NCBI GenBank assembly: GCA_963824005.1
Contig: CAWGOK010000060.1
Span: forward strand, 412-64,411
Reading direction: 5' to 3'
DNA length: 64,000 bases
Source of the DNA: an uncultured beta proteobacterium
Lineage (GTDB): Bacteria; Pseudomonadota; Gammaproteobacteria; Burkholderiales; Burkholderiaceae_C
The number at the start of each line of letters is the position of its first letter. The stretch's first letter is position 1. The position numbers were made by a program, and so were the translations under genes. This document shows positions 34,804-44,322 of the stretch, piece by piece. The notes under the pieces were generated by a model that saw only the letters and a program-made list of their open reading frames with translations, was not told the origin of the DNA and searched no databases.

Positions 34804-34840
34804 TCCCCCGCGGGCCTTCGGGCGTTTCACCCCAATCATC

Positions 34841-35470
34841 ATGTCGAGCGCGCTTTTCTACTTCTTCTCCTTCGTGCTGCTGTTCGCGGCCTTCCGCGTC
34901 ATCACTGCGCGCAGCACCGTGCATGCGGCGCTGTTCCTGGTGCTGGCCTTCGGCACGGCCTCCTGCGTGTGGATGCTGCTGCGCGCCGAGTTCCTGGCGA
35001 TCGCACTGGTGCTGGTGTACGTGGGTGCGGTGATGGTGCTGTTCCTGTTCGTCGTGATGATGCTCGACGTCGATGCCGACGCGGTGCGCCAGGGCTTCTG
35101 GAAGCACTTTCCGCTGGCCGGTTTCATCGGTGCGCTGATCGCGCTGGAGATGGCGCTGGTGCTGATGGGCGGTTTCCGCCTCACCGAGGCGCCGCCGCCC
35201 GACCCGCTGGAGCTGAAGCTGGGCAACAGCAAGATGCTCGGCATCGAGATCTACACCCACTACCTCTATCCGCTGCAGGTGGCGGCAGTGCTGCTGCTGG
35301 TGGCCATCATCGCCGCCATCGCACTGACGCTGCGCCGGCGCAAGGACAGCCGCCACATGGATCCGTCCCAGCAAGTCAAGGTGAAGAAAGCCCAGCGTGT
35401 GCGCCTGGTGAAGATGAAGCCCACGATCGAACTGCCGTCTGCGCCTGATGGGCAGGGGGAAAGGGCATGA
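34841..35470 (+). CDS. nuoJ: NADH-quinone oxidoreductase subunit J
   Basis: [18 protein letters not shown]; operon position. Confidence 0.96.
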   Translation: MSSALFYFFSFVLLFAAFRVITARSTVHAALFLVLAFGTASCVWMLLRAEFLAIALVLVYVGAVMVLFLFVVMMLDVDADAVRQGFWKHFPLAGFIGALIALEMALVLMGGFRLTEAPPPDPLELKLGNSKMLGIEIYTHYLYPLQVAAVLLLVAIIAAIALTLRRRKDSRHMDPSQQVKVKKAQRVRLVKMKPTIELPSAPDGQGERA

Positions 35471-35784
35471 ACCTGGGCACCATCACGCTCGGCCACTACC
35501 TGTCGCTCGGCGGCATGCTGTTCGCGCTGTCGGTGATCGGCATTTTCCTCAACCGCCGCAATCTGATCGTGCTGCTGATGGCCATCGAGCTGATGCTGCT
35601 GGCGGTAAACCTGAACTTCATCGCTTTCTCGCATTTCCTCGGCGACATGGGCGGCCAGGTGTTCGTGTTCTTCATCCTCACCGTCGCCGCCGCAGAGTCG
35701 GCCATCGGCCTGGCGATCCTGGTGGTGCTGTTCCGTAATCGCGCCACGATCAACGTCGACGAACTCGACGCGCTCAAAGGCTAG
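35467..35784 (+). CDS. nuoK: NADH-quinone oxidoreductase subunit K
   Basis: [21 protein letters not shown]. Confidence 0.97.
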   Translation: MNLGTITLGHYLSLGGMLFALSVIGIFLNRRNLIVLLMAIELMLLAVNLNFIAFSHFLGDMGGQVFVFFILTVAAAESAIGLAILVVLFRNRATINVDELDALKG

Positions 35785-35795
35785 CGCGCCCATTC

Positions 35796-37829
35796 ATGTC
35801 TGCAACCCTGTCTCCCAACCTGCTGCTGCTCATCGCGCTGGCGCCGCTGGCCGGCTCGCTGGTGGCCGGCCTGGCCGGCAAGGCTGTGGGGCGCCGCGGC
35901 GCGCACAGCGTCACCATCCTGGGTGTGCTGGTGTCCTTCATCGGCTCGGCGTTGGTGCTGAACGACGTGGTCAAGCACGGCGCGCGCTTCAACGCCACCG
36001 TCTACGAATGGATGGTGATCGGCGGCCTGAAGATGGAGATCGGCTTCCTCATCGACGGCCTGTCGGCGATGATGATGTGCGTCGTCAGCTTCGTCTCGCT
36101 GATGGTGCACATCTACACCATCGGCTACATGGCCGACGATCACACCTCGCCGGGCGGCTACCAGCGTTTTTTCAGCTACATCTCGCTGTTCACCTTCAGC
36201 ATGCTGATGCTGGTGATGAGCAACAACTTCCTGCAGCTGTTCTTCGGCTGGGAAGCGGTGGGCCTGGTGTCGTACCTGCTGATCGGCTACTACTACGCCA
36301 AGCCGACGGCGATCTTCGCCAACATGAAGGCCTTCATCGTCAACCGGGTCGGCGACTTCGGCTTCATCCTTGGCATCGGGCTGATCGTGGCTTTCGCCGG
36401 CACGCTGAACTACGCCGAGACCTTCGCCAAGGCGCCCGAACTGGCCAAGCTCGGATTCCCCGGGCAGGACTGGATGCTGATCACCGTGATCTGCATCTGC
36501 CTGTTCATCGGCGCGATGGGCAAGAGCGCGCAGGTGCCGCTGCACGTGTGGCTGCCCGATTCGATGGAAGGCCCGACGCCGATCTCGGCGCTGATCCACG
36601 CTGCGACCATGGTCACCGCCGGCATCTTCATGGTGGCGCGCATGTCGCCGCTGTTCGAGCTGTCGGACACCGCGCTCAACCTGGTGCTGGTGATCGGCGC
36701 GATCACTGCGCTGTTCATGGGCTTCCTGGGCGTGATCCAGAACGACATCAAGCGCGTGGTCGCCTATTCCACGCTGTCGCAGCTGGGCTACATGACGGTG
36801 GCACTCGGTGCCTCGGCCTATTCGGTGGCGGTGTTCCACCTGATGACGCACGCCTTCTTCAAGGCGCTGCTGTTCCTGGCCGCTGGCATCGTGATCCTCG
36901 GCATGCACCACGATCAGGACATCCGCAACATGGGCGGGCTGCGCAAGTACATGCCGATCACCTGGATCACCTCGCTGCTCGGTTCGATGGCGCTGATCGC
37001 GGTGCCGTTCTTCGCCGGTTTCTATTCCAAGGACAGCATCATCGAGGCGGTGCATTTCAGCCACCTGCCGGGATCGGGCTTTGCCTACTTCGCCGTGGTG
37101 GCCAGCGTCTTCGTCACCGCGCTGTACAGCTTCCGCATGTACTTCCTGGTGTTCCACGGGCCCGAGCGCTTTCGCCACAAGCCCTTCCCGGGCGAACACG
37201 ACCACCCCGACGAGCATGGCCATGCGCACGCGCACGAGCCGCACGAATCGCCGGCCGTAGTGACGGTACCGCTGGTGCTGCTGGCGATCGCGTCGGTCGG
37301 CATCGGTTACCTGATGATCCAGCCGATGCTCTATGGCGGCTTCTTCAAGGATTCGATCGTCGTGCTGCCGCTGCACCCGGCAATGGCGGAAATGACCCGC
37401 GAGTTCCGCGGCGCCTGGGGCATGGCGATGCATTCGGTGAGCACGCTGCCCTTCTGGCTGATGGTGGCCGGCGTGCTCGTGGCCTATGTGCTGTACATCC
37501 TGAAGCCCGAGGTGCCGGCAGCGATCCGCTCGCGCTTCGCCTTCGTCTACCGCCTGCTCGACAACAAGTACTACTTCGACTGGTTCAACGAGAACGTGCT
37601 CGCGCCGCTGGCGCGTGGCATGGGTCAGGGTTTGTGGAAAGGCGGCGACGTCGCGCTGATCGATGGCCTCATCAACGGCTCGGCGCGCGCCGTGGGTGGC
37701 TTGGGCGCAGCGATGCGCCTGCTGCAGACGGGCTTCATCTACTGGTACGCACTGGTCATGGTGCTGGGCGTGTTTGCCTTGCTGAGCTGGCAGCTGTGGC
37801 CCTATCTGTCGGGCCTGATCAGCCGTTGA
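35796..37829 (+). CDS. nuoL: NADH-quinone oxidoreductase subunit L
   Basis: KSAQVPLHVWLPDSMEGPTPISALIHAATMV, AYSTLSQLG, THAFFKALLF. Confidence 0.97.
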   Translation: MSATLSPNLLLLIALAPLAGSLVAGLAGKAVGRRGAHSVTILGVLVSFIGSALVLNDVVKHGARFNATVYEWMVIGGLKMEIGFLIDGLSAMMMCVVSFVSLMVHIYTIGYMADDHTSPGGYQRFFSYISLFTFSMLMLVMSNNFLQLFFGWEAVGLVSYLLIGYYYAKPTAIFANMKAFIVNRVGDFGFILGIGLIVAFAGTLNYAETFAKAPELAKLGFPGQDWMLITVICICLFIGAMGKSAQVPLHVWLPDSMEGPTPISALIHAATMVTAGIFMVARMSPLFELSDTALNLVLVIGAITALFMGFLGVIQNDIKRVVAYSTLSQLGYMTVALGASAYSVAVFHLMTHAFFKALLFLAAGIVILGMHHDQDIRNMGGLRKYMPITWITSLLGSMALIAVPFFAGFYSKDSIIEAVHFSHLPGSGFAYFAVVASVFVTALYSFRMYFLVFHGPERFRHKPFPGEHDHPDEHGHAHAHEPHESPAVVTVPLVLLAIASVGIGYLMIQPMLYGGFFKDSIVVLPLHPAMAEMTREFRGAWGMAMHSVSTLPFWLMVAGVLVAYVLYILKPEVPAAIRSRFAFVYRLLDNKYYFDWFNENVLAPLARGMGQGLWKGGDVALIDGLINGSARAVGGLGAAMRLLQTGFIYWYALVMVLGVFALLSWQLWPYLSGLISR

Positions 37830-37857
37830 CAACGCAGCTGCAGCGGAGAACAAGAAT

Positions 37858-39334
37858 ATGGGTCTTCTGAGTGTCGCCATCTGGCTGCCGATCATCGCCG
37901 GTGCGGTGCTGCTGGCGCTGGGCCGGGACGAGCACGCCGCTGCGGTGCGCTGGGTGGCGCTGCTCGCGGCCATCGCCGCCTTCCTGGTCACGTTGCCGCT
38001 GATCACCGGCTTCGACAGCAGCACCGCGGCGATGCAGTTCCAGGAAGACCTGTCCTGGATCTCGCGCTTCAACGTGCGCTACCGGCTGGGCGTGGACGGC
38101 ATCTCGGTGTGGTTCGTGCTGCTCACCGCCTTCGTCACCGTCATCGTGGTCATCGCCGGCTGGGAAGTCATCACCCAGCGGGTCAATCAGTACATGGGCG
38201 CGTTCCTGCTGCTGTCCGGGCTGCTGGTCGGGGTGTTCTGTGCGCTCGACGGCTTGCTGTTCTACGTGTTCTTCGAGGCCACGCTGATCCCGATGTACAT
38301 CATCATCGGCGTGTGGGGCGGGCCGAACCGGGTGTACGCGGCCTTCAAGTTCTTTCTCTACACATTGCTCGGTTCGCTGCTGATGCTGGTGGCGCTGGTC
38401 TACCTGTACATCAAGTCCGGCGGCAGCTTCGACATCCTCACCTGGCACAAGCTGCCACTGCCGGCGCACGCGCAGGTGCTGCTGTTCTTCGCCTTCTTCG
38501 CCGCCTTCTCGGTGAAGGTGCCGATGTGGCCGGTGCACACCTGGCTGCCCGACGCCCACGTCGAAGCGCCCACCGGCGGCTCGGTGGTGCTGGCGGCGAT
38601 CATGCTGAAGCTGGGTGCCTACGGCTTCCTGCGCTTTTCGATGCCGATCACGCCCGACGCCAGCCGCGAATGGGCGGCCTTCGTCATCGCCCTGAGCCTG
38701 ATCGCGGTGATCTACATCGGCCTGGTGGCGCTGGTGCAGCAGGACATGAAGAAGCTGGTCGCGTATTCGTCGATCGCCCACATGGGCTTCGTCACGCTGG
38801 GCTTCTTCATCTTCAACGAACTCGGCGTGTCGGGTGGCATCGTGCAGATGATCTCGCACGGCTTCGTCTCCGGCGCCATGTTCCTGTGCATCGGCGTGCT
38901 CTACGACCGCGTGCACTCGCGCGAGATCTCGGCCTATGGTGGCGTGGTCAACACCATGCCGAAGTTCACCGCCTTTGCCATGCTCTTCGCGATGGCCAAC
39001 TGCGGGCTGCCGGGCACCGCCGGTTTCGTCGGCGAGTGGATGGTCATCCTCGGCGCGGTCCAGGCCAACTTCTGGCTCGGCCGCGCTGGCCGCCACGGCG
39101 CTGGTCTTCGGCGCGGCCTACACGCTGTGGATGGTCAAGCGCGTGTACTTCGGTGCGGTGGCCAACGAGCACGTGAAGACGCTGGCCGACATCAACAGCC
39201 GCGAGTTCCTGATGCTCTCGCTGCTGGCCGCGGCGGTGCTGTGGATGGGCGTGTATCCGAAGCCCTTCACCGACGTGATGCAGGTGTCGGTGAGCGAGCT
39301 GCTCAAGCACGTGGCTGTCTCCAAGATCAACTAG
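37858..39334 (+). CDS. nuoM: NADH-quinone oxidoreductase subunit M (one +1 frameshift near 39081, probably a sequence error)
   Basis: KVPMWPVHTWLPDAHVEAP, AYSSIAHMG; after FWLG the NuoM C-terminus (ALAATALVFGAAYTLWMVKRVYFG...GVYPKPF) continues in the +1 frame to TAG at 39334. Confidence 0.93.
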
Positions 39335-39348
39335 CAGAGCGCCCCCCG

Positions 39349-40845
39349 ATGAGCCCCAGCCCCGTGCTTCCGATGAACTGGCTCGTGGTCTATCCCGAGA
39401 TGCTGCTGCTGGCAATGGCCTGCGTCATCACGCTGGTGGACCTGTGGGTCACCGACGCGAAGCGCCGGCCCACCTTCTGGCTGACGCAGGCCACGCTGGC
39501 GGGGGTGGGCCTGATGCACCTGAGCTACTTCGACAGCGGCCTGACCATGTACGGCATGCAGGCCATGGTGGTGACCGATCCGCTGGGCCACCTGCTGGCC
39601 TTCTTCGCCGCGGTGGCGATGATGGTCAGCATGGCCTACGCGCAGCCCTACCTGGCCTCGCGCGACATGCTCAAGGGCGAATTCTTCACGTTGTCGCTGT
39701 TCGTCTACCTCGGCATCTCGGTGATGGTCTCGGCGAACAACTTCCTCGTCGTCTACCTCGGGCTGGAGCTGATGAGCCTGTCGCTGTACGCGCTGACGGC
39801 GATGCGCCGCGACCACGCGGTGGCCACCGAGGCGGCGATGAAGTACTTCGTGCTCGGCGCGCTGGCCAGCGGCTTCCTGCTCTACGGCCTGTCGATGATG
39901 TACGGCGCCACCGGCTCGCTCGACCTGGGCGAGGTCTTCAAGGCCATCGGCACCGGCCGCATCAACAAGGAGGTGCTGAGCTTCGGCGTGGTCTTCGTCG
40001 TCGCCGGGCTGGCCTTCAAGCTCGGCGTGGTGCCTTTCCACATGTGGGTGCCCGACGTCTACCAGGGCGCGCCGACGGCGGTGACGCTGCTCATCGGTGG
40101 CGCGCCCAAGCTGGCGGCCTTCGCCATCACCATCCGCTTGCTGGTCGAGGGCATGTCCGGCCTGGCGGTCGACTGGCAGCAGATGCTGATCGTGCTGGCC
40201 GTCGGCTCGCTGGTCGTCGGCAACCTGGCGGCCATCGCGCAGACCAACCTGAAACGCATGCTGGCCTATTCCACCATCGCGCAGATGGGCTTCGTGCTGC
40301 TGGGCTTGAGCGTGGGTGTGGTCAACGGCAACACCTTGTCGGCCGGCAATGCCTACAGCTCGGCGATGTTCTATGTGGTCACCTACGTGCTCACCACGCT
40401 GGGCACCTTCGGCTTGATCCTGTACCTGTCGTCGCAGGGCTTCGAAAGCGAGGAGATCGCCGATCTCGCCGGCCTGGCACAGCGTTGCCCGTGGGTCGCC
40501 GGCGTGATGACGGTGTTCATGTTCTCGCTGGCCGGCGTGCCGCCGCTGGTGGGCTTCTATGCCAAGTTGTCGATCCTGCAGGCCCTGGTGTCGACCAATA
40601 TCGACGCCTACCTGTGGCTGGCGGTGTTTGCGGTGCTGATGTCGCTGGTCGGCGCCTACTACTACATTCGCGTCGTCAAGATCATGTACTTCGATGCACC
40701 GGCGCGCACCGCAGGCCTGGTGCGCAGCCGCGGCGTGAGCGCGCTGCTGGCACTGAACGGTGCGGCCGTGCTGGTCTTCGGACTGCTGCCCGGCGGCCTG
40801 ATGAACCTGTGCCGCGACGCCATCGTCAAGGCGCTGGCCAGTTGA
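39349..40845 (+). CDS. nuoN: NADH-quinone oxidoreductase subunit N
   Basis: EAAMKYFVLG, FKLGVVPFHMWVPDVYQGAP, KRMLAYSTI; C-terminal half of the 995-aa ORF; start 39349 or 39373. Confidence 0.95.
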   Translation: MSPSPVLPMNWLVVYPEMLLLAMACVITLVDLWVTDAKRRPTFWLTQATLAGVGLMHLSYFDSGLTMYGMQAMVVTDPLGHLLAFFAAVAMMVSMAYAQPYLASRDMLKGEFFTLSLFVYLGISVMVSANNFLVVYLGLELMSLSLYALTAMRRDHAVATEAAMKYFVLGALASGFLLYGLSMMYGATGSLDLGEVFKAIGTGRINKEVLSFGVVFVVAGLAFKLGVVPFHMWVPDVYQGAPTAVTLLIGGAPKLAAFAITIRLLVEGMSGLAVDWQQMLIVLAVGSLVVGNLAAIAQTNLKRMLAYSTIAQMGFVLLGLSVGVVNGNTLSAGNAYSSAMFYVVTYVLTTLGTFGLILYLSSQGFESEEIADLAGLAQRCPWVAGVMTVFMFSLAGVPPLVGFYAKLSILQALVSTNIDAYLWLAVFAVLMSLVGAYYYIRVVKIMYFDAPARTAGLVRSRGVSALLALNGAAVLVFGLLPGGLMNLCRDAIVKALAS

Positions 40846-40873
40846 GCCCCCGCGGCGCCGGGCGGTACGGCCC

Positions 40874-41476
40874 ATGAGTGACGCGCATCTGCGCGAGCAC
40901 GGGCTTCGCGGCCAGGTGCTGGTCAAGGGAAACTTCCTCGACGTGCGGCGCGACGACGTGCGCCTGCCCGACGGCGCCGTGGCCACGCGCGAATACGTGG
41001 TGCACCCGGGCGCGGTGGCCATCGTGCCGTTGCTCGACGACGGCCGGCTGGTGCTGGAGCGGCAGTTCCGCTACCCGGTGGGCAAGGTGCTGCTGGAGAT
41101 TCCGGCGGGCAAGATCGACCCGGGCGAATCCGTGCTGGCCTGTGCGCAGCGCGAGCTGCTCGAGGAAACCGGCTACCAGGCGCGCGAATGGGCCCGTGCC
41201 GGCGTGGTGCACAACGCCGCGGCCTACTCCACCGAAGGCATCGAGATCTGGTTTGCGCGTGGCCTGAGCGCCGGCACGCAGCGCCTGGATGTCGGCGAGT
41301 TCATCGAACTGTGCCTGATGACCGAGGCCGAGCTGGAGCAGCGCGCCGCAACCGGCGAACTCAGCGACGTGAAGACGCTGATCGGCCTGATGTGGCTGCA
41401 GAAATGGCGCGCGGGCCTGTGGAGCCTGGACTGGGTCAGCGCGAAAAGTGCCATCCCAGAGATAATCAAGCGATGA
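40874..41476 (+). CDS. NUDIX hydrolase (ADP-ribose pyrophosphatase-like)
   Basis: HPGAVAI, RQFRYP, Nudix box EIPAGKIDPGESVLACAQRELLEETG. Confidence 0.92.
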   Translation: MSDAHLREHGLRGQVLVKGNFLDVRRDDVRLPDGAVATREYVVHPGAVAIVPLLDDGRLVLERQFRYPVGKVLLEIPAGKIDPGESVLACAQRELLEETGYQAREWARAGVVHNAAAYSTEGIEIWFARGLSAGTQRLDVGEFIELCLMTEAELEQRAATGELSDVKTLIGLMWLQKWRAGLWSLDWVSAKSAIPEIIKR

Positions 41477-41908
41477 AAGTGCTGAACCTGCGTTGCGCCA
41501 ACGGCCACGGTTTCGAGGGCTGGTTTGCGTCGGACGAAGAGTTCATGGAGCAGAACGGCCGCGGGCTCATCGAATGCCCGTTGTGTGCCGACCGCATCGT
41601 CAGCCGCCTGCCCAGCGCGCCGCGTCTGAACCTGTCCGGACAGCGCGAATCCGAGTCGACCGCCGCCTGCGCCGCAACCGCCGCAGTTGCAAGCCCAGTG
41701 GATGCAGGCGGTGCGCAAGATGCTGGAGACCACCGACGACGTCGGCGAGCGTTTCCCGGTGGAGGCTCGCCGCATCCATTACGGCGAGATCGAGGCGCGC
41801 GGCATCCGCGGCCAGGCCACGCTCGACGAGCGCCGTGCGCTGATCGAGGAAGGCATCGAGATCATGTCGCTGCCCATGCCGGCGGCGCTGAAGGGCCCGC
41901 TGCAATAA
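41473..41908 (+). CDS. DUF1178-family protein (one +1 frameshift near 41650-41665)
   Basis: N-terminus LRCANGHGFEGWF...CPLC...SAPRL in one frame; C-terminus DDVGERFPVEARRIHYGE...GIRGQAT...LIEEGI in the next. Confidence 0.85.
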
Positions 41909-42476
41909 AGGGCGCGCCGGCCTCAACCGCACGGTCCAGCGAGCGCTGCACCCGATGCACCATCGCGCCGCCATCCGGGTGGCGCACCACCTGGAAGCCC
42001 AGGCTGCGTGCCAACGACAGCATCGCCTGGTTGGTGGCCAGCACATCGCCGACCATGCGCTTCAGCCCGGCCTCGGCCGCGCTGCGCAGCAGGCTGTGCA
42101 TCAGCCGGCGGGCCAACCGCAGATGCTGCCAGTCGTCGGCCACGACCACCGCGAACTCGCATTCCTCGCCCGAGGCGTCGACCACATAGCGCGCTTCGGC
42201 CACGGCCAAGGCCTGGTCGCCGACGAAGGTCTCGACGATGAAGGCCTGTTGCAGCCGGTAGTCGATCTGCGTCAGCCGCTGCAGCCACCCGTCCGGCAAC
42301 TCGCGGATCGGCGAGAAGAAGCGCTGGTAGCGCGAGGCCGGCGACAGCGCACGCACCAGCGCCTGCTCCAGTTCGGCGTCCTGCGGCAGCACCGGGCGCA
42401 GCGTCAGCCTGCGGCCGTCGGCCAGGTGCCAGACGTCGATCCAGCGCGTGGGATAGCGTTCGATGGTGTAGCTCAT
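41862..42476 (-). CDS. GNAT acetyltransferase resembling the GNAT domain of Pat/YfiQ-type protein acetyltransferases
   Basis: LRPVLPQD, LSPASRYQRFF, LTQIDY, EFAVVVADDWQHLRLA, GDVLATNQAMLSLARSLGF. Confidence 0.85.
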   Translation of the reverse strand: MSYTIERYPTRWIDVWHLADGRRLTLRPVLPQDAELEQALVRALSPASRYQRFFSPIRELPDGWLQRLTQIDYRLQQAFIVETFVGDQALAVAEARYVVDASGEECEFAVVVADDWQHLRLARRLMHSLLRSAAEAGLKRMVGDVLATNQAMLSLARSLGFQVVRHPDGGAMVHRVQRSLDRAVEAGAPFIAAGPSAPPAWAAT

Positions 42477-42494
42477 GGTGCGCTCTGGTCGGCA

Positions 42495-42788
42495 TCAGTA
42501 GGCCGCCAGCGCGGCCTGCGCCTGGCGGGCGCGCAACAGCACGTCCAGCGCCGGGCGGTCGTTCGACCGCACGAAGCGGGCATCGCTGAGCGCATGAACG
42601 ATGCTGAGCCCGTCGCGATCGATCTGCGCCTCGTCGCCGGCGTCGAGCACCACGTCGCGCGGGTCGCCCTCCTGCGTCAACCACAGGCTGCCGCTCAGGC
42701 AGAGCACCAGGCTGCCGCGCGCGTCTTGCAGGCGCTGCGACCGGCCGCGCTCCAGGAAGGTCGCCGCGAGATTCAGGTCGGTGTGCAT
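42495..42788 (-). CDS. DUF2917-family small protein
   Basis: CLSGSLWLTQEGDPRDVVL; AAGGAG RBS upstream of ATG 42788; divergent from a LysR gene. Confidence 0.8.
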   Translation of the reverse strand: MHTDLNLAATFLERGRSQRLQDARGSLVLCLSGSLWLTQEGDPRDVVLDAGDEAQIDRDGLSIVHALSDARFVRSNDRPALDVLLRARQAQAALAAY

Positions 42789-42803
42789 GGTCAACTCCTT
42801 TGC

Positions 42804-42930
42804 ATGCAGAATGTGCATTCGTCGTTCCCGGCCCGCCGCAGGGCTGCTGCGATGGGTTGAGCGGAGTCTGTGCCTGTACCGGCCGCCGTTCAAACGGTAT
42901 TCCCGCATGCTCTGCATGCGAATCCGGAAT
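42804..42930. promoter_or_regulatory. Candidate LysR boxes (T-N11-A) in the divergent promoter
   Basis: ATGC-AGAATGT-GCAT (42804-42818) and ATGC-GAATCCG-GAAT (42916-42930). Confidence 0.45.
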
Positions 42931-42939
42931 GTGAATGCG

Positions 42940-43857
42940 ATGCGCCACCGCCAGTACGACCTGCCGCCGCTGGACCAGCTCGAGGCTTTCGAGGCCGCGG
43001 CGCGCCACCTCAGCTTCACCCGCGCTGCCGACGAGCTGGCGCTGACGCAGTCGGCCGTCAGCCGCCAGGTGGCGGCGCTGGAGGCCTTCTTCGGCGTGGC
43101 GTTGTTCCAGCGTTTGCACCGCGCGCTGCGCCTCAGCGATCAAGGCCAGCTGCTGCAGCGCACCGTGGTCGAGGTGCTGCAGCAACTGCACCAGACCAGC
43201 ACCGCACTGCGCGGCGAGACGCGGCTGAAGACGGTGGTGGTCAGCACCACCGCGGGCTTTGCCGGTCTGTGGCTGATCCCGCGGCTGGCTGGCTTCACCG
43301 CGTCGCGGCCCGACGTGGACGTGCGCATCTCGGCCACGTACTCGGTGGCGAACCTCGAGCGCGACGGCGTCGACGTCGCCATCCGTTACCACACCCAGGA
43401 AGGCGCCGCGGCCGAAGGCGTGCGACTGTTCGGCGAGGTGGTGCTGCCGGTGTGCGCGCCGAAGCTGCGCCGCGATGCCGCGCGGCCGTTGAAGCGGCCC
43501 GAGGATCTGCGCCACCACTGTCTGCTGCACCTGGACAGTGGCCCGGGCACGCAATTGCTGGAATGGCCACCCTGGCTGCGCGCGATGAAGCTCGAAGACC
43601 TGAAGCCGGCCAGCGTGCTGCACTTCTCGATGTACGACCAGCTGATCCAGGCCGCCGTCAGCGGCCAGGGCGTCGCGTTGGGCCGGCTGCCGCTGCTGAA
43701 CGACCTGATCGCGCAGCGCAAGCTGGTGGCACCGTTCAAGAAGAGCGTGGTCTCGCCGCGCAGCTATTACCTGTTCCAGTCCGACGCGTCGCGCAAGAAG
43801 CCCGAGGTGCGCGAGTTCCTGAGCTGGCTGGTCGCCGAGGCCAATGCCGCCGGCTGA
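42940..43857 (+). CDS. LysR-family regulator, GcvA-like
   Basis: LPPLDQLEAFEAAARHLSFTRAADELALTQSAVSRQV, WLIPRL, DVAIRY, GQGVALG. Confidence 0.93.
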   Translation: MRHRQYDLPPLDQLEAFEAAARHLSFTRAADELALTQSAVSRQVAALEAFFGVALFQRLHRALRLSDQGQLLQRTVVEVLQQLHQTSTALRGETRLKTVVVSTTAGFAGLWLIPRLAGFTASRPDVDVRISATYSVANLERDGVDVAIRYHTQEGAAAEGVRLFGEVVLPVCAPKLRRDAARPLKRPEDLRHHCLLHLDSGPGTQLLEWPPWLRAMKLEDLKPASVLHFSMYDQLIQAAVSGQGVALGRLPLLNDLIAQRKLVAPFKKSVVSPRSYYLFQSDASRKKPEVREFLSWLVAEANAAG

Positions 43858-43929
43858 CTTGGCCGGGGCAAGGATTCGGTGCCTTGGGCTCTGACGAAAG
43901 GTCGATTGCGGCGCTTTGCCGAACGCCAA

Positions 43930-44236
43930 AGTCCGCTGTCCGCGTCGCGTTCAGCGTGGCAAAGCCGGGCCCGGGCAGGCCGCGACGCCTCACTGAGGCG
44001 GTCGGCTGCGCCGACTACCCCGCGGTGCTCGGTCCCATGTCCTCGTCGCCTCAGAGGCGCATCACAACCTGCCCGGGCCCGTCTTTGCGGCAGCGCTCGT
44101 GGTGGCTCGGTCAAGTACAAACCCGGCCACGAACTCGCGGCGGGCGGTACCCGGCAAGGGGCGATTTCTGCCGCAGCATGAGCGCCTGGCGGGTACCGAC
44201 TGGCGCGATGCGCTGAACACGCAAGGAAAGCGGACT
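43930..44236. repeat. Multi-branched inverted-repeat intergenic element (MITE/REP-like or structured RNA)
   Basis: 21-bp IR with one mismatch (43959-43979 vs 44068-44088), outer AGTCCGCT/AGCGGACT pair and several internal hairpins; lies between convergent genes. Confidence 0.55.
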
Positions 44237-44322
44237 CACCGGAATGGCCGCTGTGCGCCGAACGCCGTCAACGAACATCCTCTGCGATGCCTTCCTCGGC
44301 AACGCAGCGACAGCTTCCGCCG

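Noticed and set aside
37190..37255. His-rich stretch in NuoL (EHDHPDEHGHAHAHEPHES)
   Set aside because: A variable His-rich loop before PHES is typical of proteobacterial NuoL.
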